DNA of 64,000 nucleotides from the NCBI GenBank assembly GCA_964016885.1, contig OZ024742.1, positions 98,642,001-98,706,000 of the forward strand, given 5' to 3'. This document shows, piece by piece, positions 52,700 to 64,000 of this stretch. Position 1 is the stretch's first letter; each line of letters begins with the position of its first letter. The position numbers and the translations under genes were made by a program. The notes under the pieces are model-generated. The model did not search any database. It was not told the DNA's origin and saw only the letters and a list, made by a program, of their open reading frames with translations. The DNA comes from Eledone cirrhosa (taxonomy: Eukaryota).

Positions 52700-53255
52700 G
52701 GATTTCATAATACAAAATATATCCATATTACACAATTTACAAAATTCGTGTCGTTGGATATGCAGGGGCAGATGCATTTATATCCCATTTTAGGTTAAAT
52801 TGTTGGTTATTTTCGCGCAGCTACCAAGCCTTGTCTGCGAGTACATAACGCTGGTTGTTCATGTTTTATCGAGTAACGATGTTTATAAAGACGAGATTTG
52901 AAGGAGGTAGCTGTAGACCCCACATAGTACCACTTCTGGCTACCCGATTCGATAGTACATTTGTATATGATGTTGCGTTCAAGACACTGATTGTTCAACG
53001 GACACATTCCTGGTTAGACACAGTTACAGTTATAAGTATGCGTTGTTGTATTACCATGGATGGGTTGATGAGGTTGCTTAGGCAGGACGGGATGTTGTTT
53101 GTTGTTTTGTGATGTTATAGCCGATGTTTTACGTGTATTGTTATGTGTTGGAAGGCGTTTATACAACCGTTTTGCGTTAAGCTTTTTTATATGTTGTTAA
53201 ATATTAGGGGCGGTTGAATATGAAAGTCGAATAGTGTTAGGGTTTAAGATTTTAT
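52700..53255 (-). mobile_element. Decayed Penelope-like GIY-YIG endonuclease fragment, 5'-truncated at (TA)n
   Basis: NTIRLSYSTAPNI...CNC...CPLNNQCLERNIIYKC...YYVGSTATSFKSRLYKH; homologous to 1-552 and contains stops. Confidence 0.85.
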
Positions 53256-56200
53256 TATATATATATATATATATTAAGATTTTATTATATACATATATAT
53301 ATATATATTGCTTGGGATAATCAAAGAGAAGGAGGAAGTGTGTGAAAAAGAAACCAGCGCAAAATGAGATGATATAAGTGAGGAATGAACTAGGGAGAAT
53401 TGTTTAAAAAGTTAGGAAGAGAAGTGAGAATAGTTGATGTAAAGATAGAAAGAAATTTGACTTGAAAGCTGGGGAAAACGTGACATGTGCATAGTTAATA
53501 TTCAGAGGATGTGAGGTAGGGAGAGTAGGGTCGTATTTAAACTTAATTAGGATGCATGGGAGTGCGGTACTAGAGGATGTCTTTTACTAAAAGGGAAATG
53601 TATGAAAGAATCAACGGTCAAGTATACGGTCGAAAATTAAGTACTAGTAATATTGGTGACAGTGATGACCACGAATGGTCAGTGTGAGAGAATGCGGGCG
53701 TGGAGGGTGTTGACGCTGAAGAAAAGTAAATGCATGTAATAGGTAAGCAAAAATATTGTGTTTAAAAATACAACCAAAAGAAATACAAAGAATTAGTAAA
53801 AGGAAATTGAGGCTTGCATAACATCGCCAACCCTTCGTTACTTCGCCTAAGTATAACTGAAAAGGGCCAGGGAGCAGAATCTTCTGACACACCTTCTAGA
53901 GATTTGTATCAAAAGCAACTGCCTCCAAATGATCCAACCGGATCTCCCAACGAAATCAACCGAGCTTATGCATGTATCCTTCTATATTTCCGCTGGTCCT
54001 GCTCCGGGGCACCAACCGGTTACTTTTAAGCATAACACATGTTTTGATATTCTATCTACACGAGGACCATAGGACTGGAGCTTGATCTCTTCAAGCGGAG
54101 AAATAGCAGATCGAATTAGAGCGAGTCCCTGATCCCCGCGATGCACACCCCATCATATAACGTTACTCGGAAGCTAACAACTCAGAGAAAATTGTGAACT
54201 TTACCGCAAGAAAGAGTACATGGATAAATGTTCCATAATTAGAACTGGTGCCCTGAGATTCAGAAGTGGTAGCTTAGTATCTTTGTGTAGGCGAGTTGAA
54301 AATTTTAGATTAAATATTGTGTGTTATTATACTTCTCATCTTGTGTGGTTTTAGTTCTCATATTTAGTTTATAATGACTTTCATCCCATCTCTGGTTTAT
54401 CCCACCCCATAAGGTCATTTACAAGCTCATTTTTATCGCTTAAACATTTGCATGTATGAATGAAACTCTGTAAATACAGCTGGTGACTAAATTAAAAGGA
54501 AGTATCATCGTCTTTTTCATCATCAACATCACCACCACCATCATCATCATCATCATCATAACCATCTTCATTATCATCATCATTAACCACATCTTCATCA
54601 CGATCATCCCTATTGTTAATAGTGTAGCGGTAATTGATAGAATCATCAGAGCATCTGATAATTTGCTTTGTGGTGTTTTTTTCAGAATTGTTACATTCTT
54701 AGTTAAAATTCCACCGAGATCAATATGGCTTTTCATGCTGCCGCCATTCAACAAATTAAAGTACCAGTCAAGTGCAAGGGCTGACCTAGTGATCTAACGT
54801 CCTACCCACAAATTCCTAGACTTGTGCGTAAGTTCCAAACAATGAGTATTACTGGAAATATTACTGTATAAATGTGCTGAGAAGGCTGACTAAGAGAAGG
54901 CTGACTGTTTTGCCATATTTAGTTATATGCCTCTATATTTCTGAGTTCAAATTTTATCAACTTTGCCTTCATCCTTCCAAGGTTGATAAAATCAAGTACC
55001 ACTTATTTACTGGAGTAGATTTAATCGACTTCTCTTCAACCCAAGTTGATGGCCTTCTGCAATTAAAAAACAAACAAAGCATATTATATGAATGTGTGGA
55101 GGAAATCAAGTCAATGCTTTGCCTAATCTAATTATATATCGCTACGTTGTGGTTTCAAATCCACCGAGGCCGATATTCCCTTACTTCTTTCTAGAAGAGA
55201 TAAAATATGATACCAGCCATATATTCAGCTTAGTTTAATACATTATAAACTATTCTGTCAAAATCATGGCGGCGTTGTAACAGTGTAAGAGGTCCTAATA
55301 TTGATGACATCAACTCTTCTTGACGACAATAAATATTTCTTCATCATCACCATACACCCTCCAGCATCATCATCGTCATCATATTGACCATCATCATTAC
55401 CATCATCATCACAATATCGTCATCATTAACTTCATCGTTACCATCATGTTCATAATCAATATCACTACCACTATCATCATTACCACCGTCATTATCATCA
55501 TCGACATTACAATCCCCATTACCATCATCCTCAATACCACCATCATCATCTGTATTGATATAATCATTATCATCATCATCACTGATATCTTCATTACAAT
55601 TATTATTAGTTTTACGTATTGCTGAAAATTCAATCAATTTATGTTAAGTGCTATATGATGAAACAGTAGTGGTGGGGAAAGTTTTTCTAACTTAATCTCA
55701 TTACACATAGGTTGAGAAGTCTTGTTACACTATAATATATTTAATCAGCTTAGTGGATATTAAGATAGCTTTTTGGAACAAACATTAAGATTCACATAGC
55801 TTTTTTATTATTGTTATAATTTTTGTTTATTTTTTGTCTTCAATATAAAGATGCTATTAAGATGATTTACAATTGAATATCAAAAGAGGTTTCGTATAAT
55901 TTTAAGCAGAACTACACACCAATAAACACATATACCAATTTATTGAAATACTCAAATGAATTCACATAAATGCAAGCAACAATATAATAATAAAAAACAA
56001 CAAAGAAAAACTAGAGAATATTTTGAAACAAAAGTAATATAATAGAAGAGAATATATCATATAAAACATGAAATACATAAATATTGCCGAACTACTTAAT
56101 CTAATTATGTATCAGCAAACCAAAGAAATCGTCCTGAAATAGAAACATTGCAATTTTCTTACCAGTGCAAAGCGATATATCCAGTTACGTGCCCATATGA

Positions 56201-56609
56201 CTGTGGGCAACATCATAACATCATTAAGTATTGGAAAATCTTGCATTTTTAGGAAAACCTTAATAATGCCCTCACAATCTAGGTTTCAGTTTATACAGGT
56301 GTGTGTTTGTGTATATAAGTGTGTAATTGTTATCCGGTTATAGTTGTTTAAAACCTATATACAATGCCACAATGTAGGGTATTATTATATTTGTTGTTCC
56401 CCTCTGATCATTACAGTAGAGCTTGTGGTCACTATGATTTGAACTTGACACCTACAGACCCAGCAATAAGTGGCAAAGCTCCCCGAATTGATAGTATTGC
56501 ATTTCAAATTATCTTATTTTCACATACCATCATTTACAGAGCATTGACGTTTAAAATGGTATTATATAATGCTTATAAACAGGACAGTACTTAATGATAT
56601 AATGGCCTT

Positions 56610-56915
56610 GGATTTGCAGTATCAGTAGAGGGTCGGACGCATGCTTTGCAACAAAGTGTTACGGCCCTTTATGGTCTGAGTTCAAAACACGCCGAGGTTT
56701 ACTTTGTCTTTCATCCTTACGGGGTCGATAAAATAAAGTACCAATAATGCACTGCTATAAATTCTGGGCTTGTAACAAAAGAAGAAACAATTATTGAGGG
56801 CAGTGTATTGGCAGTAACGGTAGAGCGTCAGACACAATGCTTCGCAGCATAGAGCTATGGCCCTTTGCGTTCTGAGTCCAAATTGTTGGCATTTGCCAAA
56901 AGTAGAAACAATTAT
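56610..56915 (+). mobile_element. Two tandem Nin-like SINEs, the second internally deleted
   Basis: GAGTTCAAAACACGCCGAGG...TTTCATCCTTACGGGGTCGATAAAATAAAGTACC; both end in GAAACAATTAT. Confidence 0.8.
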
Positions 56916-56924
56916 ATAATGCCT

Positions 56925-57430
56925 ATCCACACGACACTACATGATGTCCATCACTACGACACTATTTTATGCTTATCACTACGGTATTACATAATGTCTA
57001 CCAACGCGACACTATGATGAGGACATATTATCTCTATCTTCATATTACACAATATCTATCACCACGGCATTACACAATGTCTATACCCACGACAAGATTA
57101 TTACATAATGTATATCATCACGGTATTTTATAGTAATTATCAACACAACACAACGCAATGTCTATCAAAACGACAGTACATAATATTAATCAACACGAGA
57201 CTACGTGATCTCTATCCACACGACAGTACGCTTTGACCACTAATACAGCTGTACATTATGTCTATCAATAAGATAGTAAATTGTATTAATAAAAACGACT
57301 CTAGATTATAACACCGCGACAAACTCATGTCTATGAAAATGACACTAAATTATATCTATCTGGGAAGCCCGCGAATAGACAATACCTGTGTTCCTGGGGT
57401 AGACTAATCCTCCGAAGGTTTATCACTACG
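56925..57430. repeat. Degenerate minisatellite of about 27 bp
   Basis: Recurring CACGACACTACATAATGTCTATCA-like units. Confidence 0.7.
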
Positions 57431-58081
57431 ACCAGGTCGTTGAAAATGGAAGTGAATAGCGCAACCTTCTGTGTTTTAAATAAACAGAAAAGTGCTGCAG
57501 TCTGAAGTAAAGGTTTTTTTCGTTTTCACAAGCTCTTTACCCCACATCAGCAATAAGTAAAGAAATATTTGAAGGATTTGACGTTGAAACACAAATGGAA
57601 ACAAACAATACAACGATAGGAATAACAATGATGACTATCTATTGTCATGATGTTACCGGTGATGACGATGATAATGATGACGAAAAGAATGAGGAGGAGG
57701 AGGAGGAGGAGGAGGAGGTTGATGATTAAGATGAGATGATGATGAGCTAGTGAAGTGATTTATGTAAATACTTTGACAACACGAGAAAATTAGTTTGTTT
57801 TTGCAGCAGCAGCAGCAGAAGTAGTAGTATTGAGTTAGTAGTAGTAGTGGTAGCGAAATGTGGTATTGTGTGGGTATTGGTGGCAGTGATGGTGGCAGTA
57901 ATAGAAGCAATAGCAATAGTAGAAGCAGTACTAATAAGAGTAGTTTTTTTTGTTGTAGTAATGTAATACCGGTATCATTTGTTTGCCAGACTAGTAATTA
58001 AAATGTCATTATTTGTTAGAGACACGCCGTTGTTCTATACTGTTCTATACTGTTCTATCAACCATAGTTATTTCAGTAATG

Positions 58082-58135
<54 letters not shown>

Positions 58136-59188
58136 GGGTGGGGGTTGTGTGTGTGTGTGTGTGTGTGTGTGTTTGTGTGCGTGTGCTTGCGTGAGCGAGC
58201 GTGCGTGTGTGTCACCATAGAGAAACTCACACGCGCAGAGACAGGCAGAAACACACACATTCACACACAAATGTGCGTGTATGTGTGTGTGTCTGTGTGT
58301 GTGTGTGTGTGTGTGTGAGTGTGTGCGTGTCTCTATGTGTATGTGTATGTGTGTGTGTGATTATCATGCGAACATTTGACACTTGCATACTACAAACACT
58401 ACATAATGCAAATCTAATGAAAAAGTAGTATATAGGTAATATATTTCATAAACATATTTTAAGCCTCATTGTGAAACCTTGGGAATCTGATTAAACCAGA
58501 TGGATTTTATGTGTTTTGGAGTCAAATCATGTTGAATAACTATCGATTAATTCTGAAGTTCATTAAGCCATTATCATATCCTCCTTATTCACCCTTTGTC
58601 GAGAAAAACTAATGATAATTACACATATATGAAGTGTGCTTGATCGGGATTTGTTCAGGCTTATTTACAGAGCGATGCGCATTTATCTATGCAAATTAAC
58701 CAACTGTAGACATGGCACAGTGTATATGTGATTACAATCGTAACCAAGGTTTGTATTATATGTTTAACAAACATATTTTATCTGTGTGTTTATATAGCTA
58801 GTCTCTCTCCCTCGGTGTGTCGCCTTGGCTTCAGAGAGGTCTGTGGTTTCGCTAGGAAACATAATTTGTTTATTGAATATGTAAGATTAATCTGAGAAAC
58901 AATTTTAATCGATACACTTTTTCGGTACTCTACTTTATCATTAAGCCTGAGCATTTTGCACAGTTATATAAACATGTTTGGGTCAAAAGGTAAACAGAAC
59001 TATATTTAGAGATTTCAATTATAAAATTCGAAATGTATAGCATATTCTAGCCAAACAAGACGTTAATATCGACGAGACATCGGAATCTGGGTGATCTCCT
59101 GAATAAATGTTAAATGAAAACAAGCACACAAACAAATAACTAAGAAAGACATAATAGAGCACGATTACGAAATTGGTAATTGAGGACA

Positions 59189-59371
59189 TAATTGTTTCTA
59201 CTTTAGGCACAAGGCCAGCAATTAACCAGTGCATTACTGGTACTTTATTTTATCAACCCCGTAAGGATGAAAGGCAAAGTCAACCTCGGCGGGATTTGAA
59301 CTCAGATCGTAAAGAGACGTAACTATGCTGGAAAGCATGGCGTCCGACCCTCTACCGATACTGCCAATCCG
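59189..59371 (-). mobile_element. Nin-like SINE
   Basis: Close match to 47965-48145. Confidence 0.85.
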
Positions 59372-59511
59372 ACATAATGATTACAAAATTGTTAAAAGAA
59401 AAGCAATATACATATGATGAATTTTAGGAAAACATGACAACGAGAAAAAAATTAATGAAGACGACAAGTAGAAAAAGAAATAATCTTCATAATGAAACGA
59501 CGATATAGATA

Positions 59512-59956
59512 ACTTTCTTTTTATTTGCCACCAGGGCATCAAAAGTGGGACAATGGGGGGAGTTTACATAACAAGGCGTCCTCTATAAGGAGGAGGCAAT
59601 AACAAAATATAAAAATAATATATAAAATATAACAAAAATAAATTTAATAACAAAATCCTCAATAGGGAGGAGGCGCCTTGTGGGGTTTTCACACACCCCC
59701 GAAAAAGTGTGCAACCCTTCTCCTCAGGAGCACAGAGAGGGGGTGTTCCCTTGATCTTTCATCTTCCTCACCTATAGTCTGATGTAGAGTAAAGGCCCAT
59801 TCACACGGGCCATTCTCGCCACTTTCACCCATCTTTCATAAAAACGGCTGGGGTACAGCACCTCTCTCTCCATCCTGATCGTTCTTCCGAAATGATATCG
59901 GAAGAAACGGACCAGTTGTTGGCCAGAGAGAAAGGTGTCTGACCTCAGTCCTTTCA
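59512..59956 (-). mobile_element. 5'-truncated Tx1-like copy D with 13-bp TSD
   Basis: Very similar to the 3' part of copy C; GACGATATAGATA at 59499-59511 and 59957-59969. Confidence 0.92.
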
Positions 59957-60411
59957 GACGATATAGATAGCGCATAAATAAAGCAGTATTTACAAAGTTG
60001 TGAAAGAAATCAATAGCCAGGTAGTAAAAAGTACGTTCGCTCCAATCTATATGAAACCAGCCCGATATACCGTAAGAAAACAGATCTTACTCGTAGTGAA
60101 GTTTGTTATTATTATTTTTTTTTTGTTTTTTGTATATTCCCTCATCATAATGTAATCTAAACATTCTAAAATATATCTGTAAATTTTATTTTAAATGTTG
60201 TATTATTACAAAAGTTCTCAGAATATAAATTGGAATGGGAACTAATCTGTTATTTATTGTTGTAACGAAAGTTTGCTCGCGCTCGCTCAGAGAAAGTCTG
60301 ATTGTATAGGTGTGTTGAATTATTTCCCTTTGTTTACGTTCTTATTTAAAATGTTGAATGTAAATTCTTTCTTTTTCTTTAGTCATGCGTATAATCTAAA
60401 ACAATGTTGAA

Positions 60412-60592
60412 TGGCAGTGTCGGTAGAGGGTCAGACACCATCCTTTACAGCATAGAATTACGGCCCTTCACGGTCTGATCTCAAATCCTGCCGGGGTTAA
60501 CTTTGCTTTTCATCATTACGGGGTCGATGTAATAAAGCACTAGTAATGCTAGCCTTGTGCTAGCCTTCTGCCAAAAAGTAGAAACAATTATT
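60412..60592 (+). mobile_element. Nin-like SINE
   Basis: Same head, core and tail as 4388-4575. Confidence 0.8.
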
Positions 60593-60719
60593 GTTATACT
60601 GATTTTACGGAGCGGTGCATGCAGGTTTTCAGGACACCTAGCGTCTTGCAACCGAATCAGACTTGTTGGGGAGAGTCGGTGAATAATCTTGAATCGTCGA
60701 GTATTACCTTTTATCCTAA

Positions 60720-60937
60720 CGGGGAAGCCATCATGAGGGCCGTGACGACGGATCTGCGGAGAATCACGGTAGATTCCTTCCACGAATGTATGGAGACCTG
60801 ACGGGCAAGGATGGAAAAACCCTTTGGACTCCAATGGGGTTATATCGAAGGGGAAAACTTGCAGTTTGTATTTCGGATTTGAATTGTTTAGTTTTTGTGA
60901 CCCCATTCCCGTTGCTGTTTTGAAAAATGACTCATAC
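60720..60937 (+). mobile_element. Mariner transposase C-terminal relic with right end
   Basis: EAIMRAVTTDLRRITVDSFHECMET-stop-RARMEK...GYIEG resembles the mariner W..R..KC...G.YFE tail; a TIR-like end follows. Confidence 0.6.
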
Positions 60938-61189
60938 ATGTATGTGTCTGTATGCGCATGACCTTGTGTAAGTGCATGTATGTGTCTGTGTTTATGTGCA
61001 CCTATAGTAGATTGCTTGTGTGTGAGTTTATTTCTAAAACAGCTTAGCAATCGCAAAGCACTCTATGCGACGTCCTAACAATTCTGCCATTTACCGCCTT
61101 TTTCAAAACGTATATATTGTCAAAACGTATACATTTATACATATTGAGATAACACGTGTATACAAGCCTATACACGAATAAACACATGA

Positions 61190-64000
61190 GCACTACTCAG
61201 AAGACCGGCCGACATCCAGAAATACATATGTCAAAACCATTATTATCATTATTATCATTATCATGCAGACACCTCCAATGAAAACACTTCCCCAACAACA
61301 CCAACACTAACACCACCACCGTCCTGACAATCCCCCAAAGCAAACAACCTAAACAGGCACAAGAATAAATAAACACACAGACACCTGAAATTGCAGACTC
61401 GATATCTACAACAAGCACAGACGCAACGGAAACAACACCAACAAAACCATTACCACCACAGTCACCAAAACGAAAACAAAGCCTCACAAACAAAACATAA
61501 AATAATTTCATGCTTGTCAGAAGGGCCAACGAGAAATTGATGGCCCTGGTAACACGAAGTGAAGAAATTTAAACAAAGGGGGGTATTTTTTATATCGACC
61601 ACATTTCCCGTGCCAGATTAGCTTCTCGTATGAATGTCGCTCGATTCCAACAATGGAATTCGAGAGAACTTTCCTAGATACGTGGGAACAACCAACGTGA
61701 GACCCACATCCATACTTTTTAAATAGTTCCCAAAAGAAACCCCACCATCTATGGAGGTCGAACCACCCGACCTCCACAAGGCCTCGGGAGGGAAGTAAAC
61801 CATTTCTCTCTGTTTTAGCATACCAATATGGTCATATTAAAAGTAGGAAGCTTAAATGTGCGTGGACTGGGGTCGCGCTGGAAGCAGGATCGCCTGCTCA
61901 ACGACATCAGATTTCTAGAGATAGATGTGATTGCCATCAGCAAGACCATGATTTCTGACAGGCCGCACGAGCCCTTATTTTCGATGGTTATCAGATCTTC
62001 GTATCTGTTAGTCGGCCGGGAGTGGGAGGTGGGGAAGCAATGTTGTTTAGGAAATGCGTGGATCTCGAGGTAGGGTCGATTTTTCGGGACCCGGGCGGTA
62101 AGTTGGTGGGACTAGACGTAAACAGTAGCAAAGGTGATGCCATTAGACTGGGGCCGGAGCCGGACATCTTTAGACGCCCGGAAATCTTTCTGAGTACGTC
62201 GCGCTTTTTTGTTTCAGCGGGGGACTGAAACGGCATTTTGGACGCAGGCTGGGTCTGCGTGGGAGTAGCTGACAGGAGCGGGGGATGACAGGTGGGGGCT
62301 CTCAAACGAGAGATTAGAGTAATATTGATAGGTTTCAGCAAAGAAGTAGCGTTAGAAATAGTCAGAAAGGAAGGGCAGTTGGTAGCTAAGCTAGAAGTGC
62401 TGCCCTTCAGTACATTTGCAGAAAGGTAGGCGAATGCGGCGAGAATGGCCCATGTGAGTGGGCCTATTCTGATCATGCGCCTGTAAGTTGGTGAATTTGA
62501 GGAGGAGAGGGGTGCCCTTCCCGGGTGTCCTTGAATCGTCGTTTGGTTTAGGATTGGGGGGGGGGGGGGGTACATGAATCAAGCCTGGGTGGTTATCTCC
62601 CCTATTAAAGAATTGTTGTATTTTTCTTGTTTCTTGTTATTGTTTTCCTATTTTTTATTTGATTTTTGTATAAAACTCCTACTGTCCTCTTCTATATTAT
62701 TATCCCTTATATGTCCTAATGTAACCATTAGATCTGTGAAGTCGACTCAGATAGACTCCATAGGCAAGGTCCTGGTTAATGGAATCTGAACGCGTCGTTC
62801 TCGGCGCGCAGTGAACGGATAAGCGAATTAGTTAAGCATGCGGTGACGAGTATGATTGTCTACAACAGGTGGTGGGGCACCCTGAAATGCGCAATTAGAG
62901 TAGAACCGATAACGTTTAGCTAAGGAGTAGCGATAGAGAAAACAGTAGAGGGAGAACTAGGTAAAAAACTAGGAGACGTTTAAAACAGGCATCGCAACCG
63001 GCGTGCTTCGGGCGAGATTGGCTCTCGACCAATTCTTCAACACGAAGCACGAAGGCTGTGTTGTCAGAGCTAGAGCGCGTGCTCTGAGACACGAGGGGAC
63101 AAAAGTCGTCCAATGGGCTCTAGTGGGCTCTAGTGGTGGTGGCGCGACGTGGCAACAAAGCCATAATTCGGTATTTACCTGACCAAAACGGGCGCATGGT
63201 ACTCAAACCCGAGCAGATGTGTGAAGCTTTTTAGCAGCACTTTGCTCAACTGTTTGGGAGAGGCGGCGGGCCGCATCGCAGTATAAACTTCAGTGCATGC
63301 ATCGACGGACTGCCGACGCTATCGACGACAGTGGCGAAGTATTGCGAAAATGTGATAACAGCAGTTGAAATACGGGAAGCGATGTCTGACTACTCAAGGA
63401 TTAAATCGCCAGGTTTGGATGTTCTGCCCTACGAGTTTTATGCATACATGCCAAACATTTCTACTGCAACTGGCGGCAGAACGGGGGAATTCCCAGATTT
63501 GTGAGCCGGGGCGTGGTAGCGCTGTTCAGAAAAGACCCGAAATAGTGGGAGGTTATAGACAAATTCAGACCCATAACTCTGCTAAACGCAGAGCTCAATA
63601 TTTTTGCCAAGATGTTAGCCCGAGATTGGCGCTTGCCGTCGCTGATCTGGTGGAAGAGGCGCAAACATGCACCATTCCAGACAGATCCATCCCCGACAAA
63701 CTCTACCTCATGCGATACATCATAGAGAGGGTTGTTAAGGAAACTGGCATGGGTGTGGCCCTGATCAATTTGGATCAATCTAATGCATGTGATAATGTCG
63801 ACCATCGGTACCTGACGATGGTCCTAGAGGGGGACGGCTTCGGGCTTGTTTTCAGGGGTTGGATCACTGCGATACACAGTGACATGTGCTCAGTTATGAG
63901 GGTGAACGGTCACCTGTACAGCTGTTCAGCGTCATAAGCTCGGTCCACCAGGTTGGCTTCCTCTCGTCACTCTTGTACGTATTGGTTCTCGAGCCGTTAC
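61190..64000 (+). mobile_element. Decayed Tx1-like LINE (ORF1 remnant, APE, RT) running off the window
   Basis: MVILKVGSLNVRGLGSRWKQDRLLNDI (61828); RLALAVADLVEEAQTCTIPDRSIPDKLYLMRYIIERV...INLDQSNACDNVDHRYL matches copy B ORF2; many frameshifts. Confidence 0.92.

Overview
AT-rich, microsatellite-saturated eukaryotic DNA with no recognisable complete host gene. The repeat content suggests an octopus-like cephalopod intronic or intergenic region (inference). Most ORF-track entries are translations of (TA)n, (CA)n, (GA)n, (GAT)n and (GATA)n tracts. The window contains: (1) a near full-length but disabled Tx1/L1-clade LINE (39427-45269, minus) stacked with two partial copies inside a (GATA)n tract, a fourth copy with a 13-bp GATA-containing target-site duplication, and older relatives ending in (ATT)n; (2) two Penelope-like GIY-YIG endonuclease remnants and about ten type I hammerhead-ribozyme motifs, three with complete cores and helices, mostly on 0.2-1 kb non-coding units in (TA)n with direct or inverted terminal duplications; (3) two decayed RLE-type (R4/Dong-like) LINEs; (4) many tRNA-derived SINEs, mariner and hAT MITEs; (5) many fold-back inverted repeats; (6) one credible signal-peptide exon (minus, 4048-4170) and a few weak plus-strand (micro)exon candidates. 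The best leads are the apparent GATA-specific Tx1 family and the hammerhead-bearing small elements in TA repeats. All comparisons were done by eye, with no database searches.
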